Source of the DNA: Candidatus Bathyarchaeota archaeon
GTDB lineage: Archaea; Thermoproteota; Bathyarchaeia; Bathyarchaeales; Bathycorpusculaceae
DNA: 64,000 nt
NCBI GenBank assembly: GCA_026414485.1
Contig: JAOAIX010000010.1
Span: forward strand, 4,371-68,370
Direction of reading: 5' to 3'
The position numbers and the translations under genes were made by a program. Positions within the stretch are counted from its first letter, which is position 1. Each line of letters opens with the position of its first letter. This document shows positions 36,526 to 45,164 of this stretch, one piece after another. The notes under the pieces are model-generated. The model had not been told where the DNA came from. It made no database searches and was given only the letters and a program-made list of their open reading frames with translations.

Positions 36526-37641
36526 GTGAGTTTGATGGCAAACGCAATGCCTAATTCAAAAGCACCTTTATATATGGTAACTTGGAGATGTACCCGACGA
36601 TGTGTTGGCAGCTGCCTCTATTGCAGCTACACTCCTGAATACGCCAAAGATACAGAGTTAGACACAGAAGCTGCCAAAAGAATGGTGGACGAAATTCACG
36701 ATTTTGGTTCTCCGTGGTTCGGCATAAGCGGCGGCGAACCACTGGTTAGAAAAGACATTTTTGAGGTCATTGACTACGCGAAAAAGACGTACGGTATGGA
36801 AGTAAGCCTCATCACTAGCGGTTTTGCTTTTGATCAAGAAAGGCTTGATAAACTTGTAAGGCATGAAGTTCACACGGCGGTCAGCGTTGATGGTAACCGA
36901 GAGTCAAATGATATAATTCGCCGGAAAGGTAGCTATGACAAAGCGCTTTTCGCCATGAAGAAACTTTCAGAAAACGGCATTTTAGACTGCATAGTTACAA
37001 CCATGACTAAATACAATATCAATGACATGGCACATCCAGCGGCTTTAGGTGAAGAATACAAAGCACGCATGGTTGTTTACCATAATCTTGTGCCCGTGGG
37101 TAGGGCAGGCAGCAACATGCCTGATTTGGCACCGACGCCTGAACAATACGAAGCTGCATTTAACGAGATTTATGATTTGCAGCGTAAACTTATGGGTAAA
37201 GTCAAAATTAACGTTTATGCCCCGTTCTACGCCCGTATTGTCCGCCAGAAGAATCCAGTAGATTTCTGGGAATGGTATCAGAACGGTTATTTAGGCAGAT
37301 GCACTATAGGCGGAAACTACGTCAGCGTCACCGAAAACGGTGATTACCGCTCCTGCGGCTTTCATGAAGGCTACAGGCTAGGCAATGTAAAAGAGAAAAA
37401 ACTGACAAAAGTTTGGGAAGAACTCCAACAGAGCCCACTACATTTAAAACTACGCGATAAAAGCAATATAAAAGGTAGATGCGGAGTTTGTGAATACCGA
37501 GAAATTTGCGGTGGATGCCGAACACGTGCAGAGTACTACACAGGAGACCTCTTTGAGTCCGACCCTGCTTGCAATTACATCCCCAAAGTTCTCCGAGAAG
37601 ATCCACAACTAGCCAAAAAATACGGCGTAAAAATCCAGTAA
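36526..37641 (+). CDS. Radical SAM/SPASM-domain protein, AhbC/AhbD/NirJ-like
   Basis: 371 aa. Radical SAM motif CVGSCLYC, GGEPL, and a C-terminal SPASM region CGVCEYREICGGCRTRAEYYTGDLFESDPACNY. Confidence 0.75.
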   Translation: MSLMANAMPNSKAPLYMVTWRCTRRCVGSCLYCSYTPEYAKDTELDTEAAKRMVDEIHDFGSPWFGISGGEPLVRKDIFEVIDYAKKTYGMEVSLITSGFAFDQERLDKLVRHEVHTAVSVDGNRESNDIIRRKGSYDKALFAMKKLSENGILDCIVTTMTKYNINDMAHPAALGEEYKARMVVYHNLVPVGRAGSNMPDLAPTPEQYEAAFNEIYDLQRKLMGKVKINVYAPFYARIVRQKNPVDFWEWYQNGYLGRCTIGGNYVSVTENGDYRSCGFHEGYRLGNVKEKKLTKVWEELQQSPLHLKLRDKSNIKGRCGVCEYREICGGCRTRAEYYTGDLFESDPACNYIPKVLREDPQLAKKYGVKIQ

Positions 37642-37830
37642 ACATTTCTCTCTTTTGTTTTCTTTTTAGTTCAGTTTATTATAGAAAGTATTTTGTAGTC
37701 TTTGCCAAACATGTACGTAGGTTACGTGCCACTTTGAATTGGATACATACATAGCGAAAAAGAGGTACAAAAAAGTAAAAACCGTTTTATAGGAGGTTTT
37801 AGGCGTCTTTAACAAAAAGTCGCTCTTTTT

Positions 37831-38445
37831 TTATGTCCTATTTTTACTGAACTGCTTCTGTGCGATATGCAACTCCTCTACAGTGTTTATGTTCAAAGCA
37901 ACTTCAATTTTGTCTAAGACATAAATTTCTTGTTCCAGTTCAGCATCAGTGATTCTTCGGCCATCGTTTACGTTTATTCCTGCGTAAACTAACCGCCTAT
38001 TATGCCAGTTAAATGTGTAACCAGCCCCTAACCCAAGTTTTTCGCGCAGTTCAAAAGGAACTGCAACTGCCAAAGCCGTTTTCCCACAACGTGCATACTC
38101 ATCTACAATGTCATCGATTATGGAACTGGTGATAAGAGGCAAATCAGCTGCTATAGTCAAAACGGTGTTTAACTTCAATGCTTTAACTGCAAAACCCATG
38201 TCTGAAACGTACTCTCGCCCAGGCGTTTTAATGACTTGAACTGGAAAACGGCTAAGGAAGGCAGCGGTTTTGGGGGTATGATCGGTAATCGTCACCACAA
38301 TATCTTGGATTTTAGTAGCATTCTGCAATGCTACCAAAACATGCTCGATAACAGCTTTTCCTCCAACCTGCAAAAGTGGTTTCTCCTCGTTTAACATCAT
38401 GCGCTTGCCTTTGCCGCCAGCCATAACTAACGCTGTAACTTTCAT
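37831..38445 (-). CDS. cobY: Adenosylcobinamide-phosphate guanylyltransferase, archaeal CobY type (NTP-transferase fold)
   Basis: 204 aa. LVMAGGKGKRM nucleotide-binding loop. 4-nt overlap with cobS. Confidence 0.7.
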   Translation of the reverse strand: MKVTALVMAGGKGKRMMLNEEKPLLQVGGKAVIEHVLVALQNATKIQDIVVTITDHTPKTAAFLSRFPVQVIKTPGREYVSDMGFAVKALKLNTVLTIAADLPLITSSIIDDIVDEYARCGKTALAVAVPFELREKLGLGAGYTFNWHNRRLVYAGINVNDGRRITDAELEQEIYVLDKIEVALNINTVEELHIAQKQFSKNRT

Positions 38446-39203
38446 TGAAACATCGCCAACAGAACAACAACAGCAACCATACGCACTAACTCATTAGTAG
38501 CTCCGAATACGTCCCCCGTAACGCCGCCAAAATGACGATGGGCAATTGTTACTATTACGCCACTAGCTAAAACTGAAATAGAAACTACTACTAAACCCAC
38601 AAACCAGCCTGCAAACCATAAAAGCGGCACAGCAACCAATAAAGATAAAAACAAAGCGGCAACCAACCGTAGAGTCCCATATTTACCGTGCATAACTTCC
38701 ATAAAAGGCGAATTCATTCCTTTATGAACAGATCTGCCAGCCCAGCAACTCACAACCATAGCTAATTTTGCACACAACTCGACCACAATTAAACTCTGAA
38801 TAATTACAGCAGCACCCAAGCCTGCAAACGCAAAAGCAGAAACCACATAAGTCATCAACCCCAACCCAATTGCGCCTGCGCCTGTAAACTGGTCATGCAT
38901 GACTTCAATTTTTCGTTCAGGAGTGCCGTGACACATAAGGGCGTCTCCAAAATCCAGTAAGCCATCTGTATGATGTAAACCTGACAGCAACAACAAAACG
39001 CTCAAAGTTAAAGCGCCTACCACCAACGTGGGAAGAAAAAAAGAAATGGCCCAACCGAAAACGCCTGCCAATAAACCTAACAAGGCGCCCACAAGTGGGA
39101 AGATAAACATGAAACGCGCAGAATCTACTAGGCAGTTCATGTCCATATGCACAGGCAGAATCGTCAAGAAAGCCAACAGGTTCTTAATCGCCTTCAACAT
39201 CAA
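38442..39203 (-). CDS. cobS: Adenosylcobinamide-GDP ribazoletransferase (cobalamin synthase)
   Basis: 253-aa membrane protein. AFLTILPV, HTDGLLDFGDAL, GGVTGDVFGATNE. Confidence 0.85.
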   Translation of the reverse strand: MMLKAIKNLLAFLTILPVHMDMNCLVDSARFMFIFPLVGALLGLLAGVFGWAISFFLPTLVVGALTLSVLLLLSGLHHTDGLLDFGDALMCHGTPERKIEVMHDQFTGAGAIGLGLMTYVVSAFAFAGLGAAVIIQSLIVVELCAKLAMVVSCWAGRSVHKGMNSPFMEVMHGKYGTLRLVAALFLSLLVAVPLLWFAGWFVGLVVVSISVLASGVIVTIAHRHFGGVTGDVFGATNELVRMVAVVVLLAMFQ

Positions 39204-39207
39204 AACA

Positions 39208-40320
39208 TCACAACTTCAGACCCATTAACGTGGCGTAGTTACGTTCAACCTCAGAGAGCAATAAATCTTTAGTTAAAGCACCTTCAAACTTCGTCATCGC
39301 AGCTATAGAAGAACCACCAGCGCCAACACCCTCCTTAACTACACCTTGCTCATAAGCCTTTAAGCCATCAAACCGTGAGTTACCAAAATTCAAATTTGCA
39401 GCCAAAATAGGCACATCCGCGATCTGATCTACAATACCGCATATATCGGAAGAACAATCTTTCGCAACCCAACGTGTCGTGCCGATTGCAACGTTACATA
39501 AAACATCGGCATTCAAAGCTTTAACGACAGCCAAGACAGCAGTCATTTGAGTACCTCCAGCCATCAAAACAGGAACTTGCTCAGCAGCTCCCAAAACTAA
39601 GCCAGCAAAAGCTGCCATCATAGGATCGCCAACGCAAGAGACAGCTTTAATTGGGTCACTCGCAAAACTTCCAAAAACAGCGCCGGCTGCAGTCAAACCA
39701 GCTTGTACTGCTTTAATTTTTAAATCATGAGGGTTAATAGGCATGCTACTACTAACTTTGCCTTCTGCTTTTACACCCATAGCAGAAAGAACACCTAGAG
39801 CTGTCGTGGTTCCACCTGGAATACTCTCTCCAATAACTAAATAATCAGAGGTTTTCGCCAAATGTGCCCCTGCAACTTTAGCTCTCTCGATGACTTCCTT
39901 CACATTATCAACGGCGTTGCCTGTTCGAATATCCCGACCTGGGCTTCCGCCAAAATCTAAAAACGGTGCATGAGGCTTTACCCTCAAGCCGCCGCTTGCT
40001 ACCAAAACAGGAAAATCGGCTAAACGCAAAGCCGACATCGAAATCAACGCAGGCGTAGGAATGCCATCAGGGGTTACAGGAACACCATTGAAGCATTTAC
40101 ATTTTCCGAACAAAAGCAGTTCTGCGTCTGCAGGTGGTGTATAATCTGTAATTTCAGGCATTTTACCTGCTGCGGATATACCGGCAATTTTGCCAGTTTC
40201 TGATGTGGCTATCGTCAAAACGAATATGGGTGTTTTGCCGCTAATTTGCTCTAAGAAGGCTTCGCCTTTAGACGGATTTCGAATAGTCAATACATCAAAG
40301 ATTTTGGTCATTTTATGCAC
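39208..40320 (-). CDS. cobT: Archaeal-type nicotinate-nucleotide--dimethylbenzimidazole phosphoribosyltransferase (CobT, MJ1598/UPF0284 family)
   Basis: 370 aa. FVLTIATSETGKIAGISAAGK...YTPPADAELL matches my recollection of the archaeal CobT family. Lies in the cobS/cobY operon. Confidence 0.7.
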   Translation of the reverse strand: MHKMTKIFDVLTIRNPSKGEAFLEQISGKTPIFVLTIATSETGKIAGISAAGKMPEITDYTPPADAELLLFGKCKCFNGVPVTPDGIPTPALISMSALRLADFPVLVASGGLRVKPHAPFLDFGGSPGRDIRTGNAVDNVKEVIERAKVAGAHLAKTSDYLVIGESIPGGTTTALGVLSAMGVKAEGKVSSSMPINPHDLKIKAVQAGLTAAGAVFGSFASDPIKAVSCVGDPMMAAFAGLVLGAAEQVPVLMAGGTQMTAVLAVVKALNADVLCNVAIGTTRWVAKDCSSDICGIVDQIADVPILAANLNFGNSRFDGLKAYEQGVVKEGVGAGGSSIAAMTKFEGALTKDLLLSEVERNYATLMGLKL

Positions 40321-40993
40321 CTTTAGTTTTTGGGGTAACTGTGAAATTTACAATCTCCAAATGTCCATACCCATTACTTGTTTGTCGTTTGGTTTCTGTG
40401 ATAATGAGGCGGTTCTTGAAAATAGGCCCGTCAGTTACGACGGTATGGTATTCTCCACCCTCTCCACATGGATCCACATTTTTTAGTTTAAGTATGTCCT
40501 GTAGAAAGTGCTGGTTCAGTTGCCTTCCAAGCCATGCTTCGCCAATTACACTGTTTTTGGTTCTGACAACTGTCGCTTCAAAGCCTGCATTGATGAAATC
40601 TTGTAAAATCTGTTTGGTATCACCCATCCACAATGGGCGTATAGGCTGCAAACCGACTTCCTTGCAAACGCGTTCCAACCAACGTTCCTCATGGCCAGCA
40701 ACTTCGTAAATGTCGCCTGTCAGTAAACCTTCGACGCCTTGAACTTTAAACTGATGTAGCACTGCTTTGAATTGTTGTTCATAAGTTTCAGGTTTTGTTA
40801 AAGTTTTCACAAGAGAGATTCCTAGAGCTTGCGCTTGCGCATCTAAGATTTTTACGTTCAGTCCATGAAAGTTGGTTTTTGTTTCAGTACACATAAAAGT
40901 CAACAAGCTCATAACTTGGTAGTTTTCTTTGAGTGCTTTGTACAGTGCAAAGCAACTATCTTTTCCGCCACTCCAAGAAGCAACAATTTTCAT
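40313..40993 (-). CDS. PP-loop ATP pyrophosphatase, MJ0570/Dph6 (diphthine--ammonia ligase) family
   Basis: 226 aa. N-terminal SWSGGKDSCFALYKA PP-loop motif. Embedded between btuD and cobT with an 8-nt overlap with cobT. Confidence 0.7.
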   Translation of the reverse strand: MKIVASWSGGKDSCFALYKALKENYQVMSLLTFMCTETKTNFHGLNVKILDAQAQALGISLVKTLTKPETYEQQFKAVLHQFKVQGVEGLLTGDIYEVAGHEERWLERVCKEVGLQPIRPLWMGDTKQILQDFINAGFEATVVRTKNSVIGEAWLGRQLNQHFLQDILKLKNVDPCGEGGEYHTVVTDGPIFKNRLIITETKRQTSNGYGHLEIVNFTVTPKTKGA

Positions 40994-41000
40994 GCTACAT

Positions 41001-42293
41001 TCAGTCCCCTTTTTTGTCTTGAATAGTTTTTTCTTCTATACTGTTAAGGAAAACTAGGAGTTCGGTAAGGCTCTTAATGGTTATGGCACCCTCATTTTTG
41101 AGTTTCAGCAAATATTTTTTTGCTTGACCCTTGCTGAAATCTCTTTCTTCTATAGGTCCATCTTCTAAAATAACAGTAGGAACACCTTTTTCTAACGCTG
41201 CTTGAGCAACTTCAAGATTACGAAGATTCCCAGCTCCAAACTGAGTTGGTGCAATAACGAGAACATTAGCTTTTTTTGCTAGCTTCAAATTGGCTTCATG
41301 AGCTTCATCAGTTATTGGAGAAAAAGGAGCTTCGTTAACTGTGGTAATGCTTAACAATTGAGCGGTTTCTTGATCTGTGTCTAGCAGGTGGAGAACCCCC
41401 GCAGTTACGGTAAAGCCTTCATCTGCAAGAAGCTTCATCACAGAACTTCCGCTACCACCACCACAGATGATATGTACTACAGTGCGTCTACTCTTCTGGT
41501 TCTGAGGCTTAGATATAGGAGTTACGTAAAGTGAACCGGTAAGCGGATGCTTTTTAACTACAGCGTCAACACGAAAAACTTTTTTGACGTTTTCGCTAGT
41601 GAGAGTTTGGCTTGCCTCGCCAACCGCTACGATTTTACCATCTTTCAACAGAATCAACGAGTCACAGTAACGAGCGGCAAGGTTGAAGTCGTGGAAGACG
41701 CCCACTATAAGCAAATTTTTGGTTTTGCATAATTGCTTGAGCAAATCCATTATTTCCAGTTGGTTACAAATATCTAGATGATTTGTTGGTTCATCAAGCA
41801 GAAGGATTTTAGGTTCTTGGGTTAAAGCACGCGCAATAATTACACGCTGCCGCTCCCCACCGCTAAGTTCAGTTATAGGGCGGTCAGCAAAATGCCAAGT
41901 ATCAGTAAGCTGCATAGATTTTTTAGCTATAGCTAAATCTTCTTTACTTTCCATCCCAAATTTTGACAAATGAGGATTACGACCCATAAGCACAACTTCG
42001 AGAGCAGTAAAATCAAAAGTCATCGGCGAATCCTGTGGAACTACTGCTAGACTTTTGGCAACTTCCAATGTTTTAAGCTTGTAGATATCAGACTCATTGA
42101 TAAAAATTGTACCTTTGATGGGTCTGAGTACACGACTTATACTTTTAATTAAGGTAGATTTTCCAGAACCATTAGGTCCAAGGATACCTAAGAATTGACC
42201 GCTTTCAACCTTGAATCTAACATTGTCTAAAATCTTTGCAGATCCATAAGAACAATCGATGCCGTCAATGTTCAAAATTACCATTATATCCAC
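41001..42293 (-). CDS. Iron-siderophore/cobalamin-type ABC transporter ATP-binding protein (BtuD/FepC-like) with ~170-aa C-terminal extra domain
   Basis: 430 aa. Walker A GPNGSGKST, LSGGERQR, LLLDEPTNHLD. Residues ~262-430 form an additional alpha/beta-looking domain (VVHIICGGGSGSSVMKLL...). Confidence 0.8.
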   Translation of the reverse strand: MDIMVILNIDGIDCSYGSAKILDNVRFKVESGQFLGILGPNGSGKSTLIKSISRVLRPIKGTIFINESDIYKLKTLEVAKSLAVVPQDSPMTFDFTALEVVLMGRNPHLSKFGMESKEDLAIAKKSMQLTDTWHFADRPITELSGGERQRVIIARALTQEPKILLLDEPTNHLDICNQLEIMDLLKQLCKTKNLLIVGVFHDFNLAARYCDSLILLKDGKIVAVGEASQTLTSENVKKVFRVDAVVKKHPLTGSLYVTPISKPQNQKSRRTVVHIICGGGSGSSVMKLLADEGFTVTAGVLHLLDTDQETAQLLSITTVNEAPFSPITDEAHEANLKLAKKANVLVIAPTQFGAGNLRNLEVAQAALEKGVPTVILEDGPIEERDFSKGQAKKYLLKLKNEGAITIKSLTELLVFLNSIEEKTIQDKKGD

Positions 42294-42295
42294 CT

Positions 42296-43369
42296 TTATA
42301 CGCTATATCCTTTCTTTTTTCTACGCAGTAAGTACACAAAGAATGGGGCACCAGACAACGCGGTAATTATGCCCACAGGAGCCTCACCCGAACCCATAAC
42401 AACCCGTGAAAGAGCATCACAAAACATCAGAAAAGAGGCGCCTACAATTGCCGCTGTAGGCAAGAGAATTCGATGATCTGGACCGATCAGTACACGAGTT
42501 AAGTGAGGTATAATTAGCCCAACGAAACCAATTAAGCCACTAATTGAGACAGCGGCGGCTGTCAGAAGAGCACCTGTCACTATAAGGATCATTTTAACTT
42601 TCTCTGTTTCGACTCCTAAATGCTGAGCTTGCTCTTCACCTAAAGCAAGAATATTGAGGTTTCGAGAATATAAATAAGAGACAATAAACCCTGTCACTAT
42701 AAAAGGCAAAATAGACCAGACTTTATCCCAGTTCTCTGTGGGCGCAAGGCTACCAATAATCCAAAATGTTAATCCGTGAAGAATTCGATCACTTGCAATT
42801 GTTTGTAGATAGGTAACTATGGCATTGAGGAAAAGACTCACCGCAATTCCTACTAGGAGCAAAGTGGTGACCGGAACCCTTGAGCCCACTCTGGAAATGT
42901 TGTAGACAAAAATAACAGTTATTAATGAACCAACAAAAGCAAAAATTTGTAGAGTGTTTACGCCAAAGAATGAAAGACCCACACCTAAAACCAAAACCAA
43001 TGCGGAGCCTACTGTGGCACCAGTAGAGGCTCCTATAACGTATGGATCAGCCATTGGATTCCTAAAGATACCTTGATAGATGACACCTGCTGTGGCTAGT
43101 GCTGAGCCAACTAAAGCGCCACATAGTACACGAGGTAATCTAATCTGGGTTATTATTATCTCAGCAGTTTTTGAGATCTCGACGTTTTCCACAAATGTAT
43201 TCAAGAGTGGTATGTGTTTGAGTAATGTGGTTAAGATATCATCATAAGGAATAGGAGAATAACCTAGGTTAAGAGATAAAAAGAGGATTACGACAAACGA
43301 AAGCAAAAGCCCAATTATATAAAATTTCCAGTGTGAAACACGCTTTAAATGTTCAGTGTCGGTTTTCAA
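42296..43369 (-). CDS. FecCD/BtuC-family ABC transporter permease
   Basis: 357 aa. RLPRVLCGALVGSALATAG, NPMADPYVIG, GEEQAQHLG. Confidence 0.85.
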   Translation of the reverse strand: MKTDTEHLKRVSHWKFYIIGLLLSFVVILFLSLNLGYSPIPYDDILTTLLKHIPLLNTFVENVEISKTAEIIITQIRLPRVLCGALVGSALATAGVIYQGIFRNPMADPYVIGASTGATVGSALVLVLGVGLSFFGVNTLQIFAFVGSLITVIFVYNISRVGSRVPVTTLLLVGIAVSLFLNAIVTYLQTIASDRILHGLTFWIIGSLAPTENWDKVWSILPFIVTGFIVSYLYSRNLNILALGEEQAQHLGVETEKVKMILIVTGALLTAAAVSISGLIGFVGLIIPHLTRVLIGPDHRILLPTAAIVGASFLMFCDALSRVVMGSGEAPVGIITALSGAPFFVYLLRRKKKGYSV

Positions 43370-43411
43370 ATATTTTTCACTAACACGCGTTTTATATAAA
43401 AAAGAAGGTAA

Positions 43412-44476
43412 TTAGGGTTGCCCAAAGATTTCTGGGTGAATCATCTTGGACAACTCTTCTAGTGCATCAACTAGGCGTGGTCCTGAACGGGAAATTATGT
43501 CAGCGTTGATTTCGTAGATTGCATCGTTTTTGACAGCGTTTATTATGCTCCAGCCAGGTCGCTGCTTCACAGCCTCAATAGTTTGATAGAAATTCTGTAC
43601 ACCCATGTACATGTCAGGAAACACCATAACATCAGGATTCTTTGCAATAATTGCTTCGGAACTTACTGTTGGCCAACTTGTTGTGGCGTCATGGAAAATG
43701 TTTTCACCACCCGCAAGAGTTATCAGCTCATCAATGAATGTTCCTGGTCCTACACTCATAAGTGGGTCATTCCAAACTTCATGATACACTTTCGGTATAG
43801 TAGTTGCAGTTGCAGCTCGACTGGCTACATTATCGATTCTTTGCCGCATAGACGACACCAGTGCACTCGCTTGTGCATTGTTGCCGGTGGCGCGCCCAAT
43901 CATCAAGATATCTTGTAAAACGCCATCCAAAGTTTTGGATTCCACGACTAAAACGTTAATGCCTAAATTGCGCAAGTTCTTGGCAGCATCCAAACTGCCT
44001 GAGGAAGCGAGTACTAGATCAGGATTTAATGCAACAATTGGCTCTGTAGATGGACCATAGTAGCTACCGATGCTGGTCATGTTGCCTGCTTCAATCCAAG
44101 CGGTAAAATTGTAAGGGTAATTACAGAAATCGGTTACACCTACTACTCTATCTCCTGCTCCGATAGCAAAGAGTATCTCCGTATTGCTGGGAGCCAAAGA
44201 AACGATACGTTGAGGAGGCGAGTTTAAAGTCACCACATTCCCCATGGAATCCACAAGTGTCACTTGTTGATACTCAGCTATCGCCTCCTGATATTCATTG
44301 ATTTGTTGCTGAATTGCAGTTAGAGATTGCTGAACGCTACAGAAAGAACTTGCTAACGCGTCATTTGAAGCTTTAAGGTCGGCGATTTGTCCCTGAAAAG
44401 TTACAAAGCCATAAGTTGCAACAATCAGTGAAACAACAGCTAGGACAGCCACGATATACATGAGGGGTTTATCCAT
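43412..44476 (-). CDS. Class III (BtuF/FhuD-like) ABC substrate-binding protein with N-terminal anchor and coiled-coil segment
   Basis: 354 aa. RIVSLAPSNTEILFAIGAGDRVVGV, PDLVLAS, and a C-terminal GPRLV motif. Confidence 0.75.
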   Translation of the reverse strand: MDKPLMYIVAVLAVVSLIVATYGFVTFQGQIADLKASNDALASSFCSVQQSLTAIQQQINEYQEAIAEYQQVTLVDSMGNVVTLNSPPQRIVSLAPSNTEILFAIGAGDRVVGVTDFCNYPYNFTAWIEAGNMTSIGSYYGPSTEPIVALNPDLVLASSGSLDAAKNLRNLGINVLVVESKTLDGVLQDILMIGRATGNNAQASALVSSMRQRIDNVASRAATATTIPKVYHEVWNDPLMSVGPGTFIDELITLAGGENIFHDATTSWPTVSSEAIIAKNPDVMVFPDMYMGVQNFYQTIEAVKQRPGWSIINAVKNDAIYEINADIISRSGPRLVDALEELSKMIHPEIFGQP

Positions 44477-44488
44477 TTTTTACACCTT

Positions 44489-44507
44489 GTTGGATAGATT
44501 ATCCAAC
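44489..44507. promoter_or_regulatory. Perfect 8-3-8 palindrome GTTGGATAgatTATCCAAC between TATA box and btuF-like start (operator candidate)
   Basis: Lies 13-31 nt upstream of the ATG at 44476 and directly downstream of a TATA-like AAAGTTTATATCT (minus-strand reading). A related copy sits at 45845..45863. Confidence 0.4.
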
Positions 44508-44678
44508 CTCATCAGATATAAACTTTATTCAACATAATTTAACCACAGGTTGAGCTGAAAAATAAGACAACAACACCCCGGCAACTATACAATAAAAGCG
44601 AGCAGTGAAAAACAGATTGTTGATTTGGCTCACGTAAAACTTAAGAGGGTCTCTTTATATGGAATGCGTTGAAAGAAA

Positions 44679-45158
44679 ATGAAGTCTGAGACACCGCCGT
44701 TGCTGAAGTTTTTAGAGAAAAAAGGTATAACTCTACAAGATCTTGTTGACACAGCTTTGGAGTTCTATGTGCCGCATCCAGGTGTCGAAACTAAAGAGAA
44801 AGCAGAAGAGTTGTTGAGGGAAGAATTTTTAGATGTACTGTCTGATGTAAACATTGCCACGTTGGAGGTTATGTGTTTCAGGGCACAGGAAGACGCGGAA
44901 GCAGGACTAATCCCAGGATTAACTGTAGAAAGATTTAAAGGGCGACCGGGCTTAGTGGCAGATGAGTTAATGGGACTTGCTATAGCCAACTACATAGCAG
45001 GAGTAAAGGGCGTCTTTGAGTTCACGCGGTTCGACCAAGCAAAACCAGGCATCCTAAAAAAGTTAGGAGCCATAACCAATGATGGCATCGGTGGACTCGT
45101 GGCGGGCGTTTCTTCAAACATGTATACACGTGCTTTTAGAAGTGTGTCCCAGAAATAA
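44679..45158 (+). CDS. PgpA-fold phosphatase, candidate alpha-ribazole-5'-phosphate phosphatase CobZ
   Basis: 159 aa. PgpA-like LVADELMGLAI and NDGIGGLVAG segments. Divergent from the corrinoid transport/assembly operon. Confidence 0.45.
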   Translation: MKSETPPLLKFLEKKGITLQDLVDTALEFYVPHPGVETKEKAEELLREEFLDVLSDVNIATLEVMCFRAQEDAEAGLIPGLTVERFKGRPGLVADELMGLAIANYIAGVKGVFEFTRFDQAKPGILKKLGAITNDGIGGLVAGVSSNMYTRAFRSVSQK

Positions 45159-45164
45159 TTCTTT

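Noticed and set aside
44477-44678. Possible cobalamin riboswitch in front of the btuF-like operon.
   Set aside because: The TATA-like box lies only ~35-45 nt from the ATG, leaving no room for a ~200-nt aptamer. No B12-box-like sequence was seen. The palindromic operator is the better explanation.
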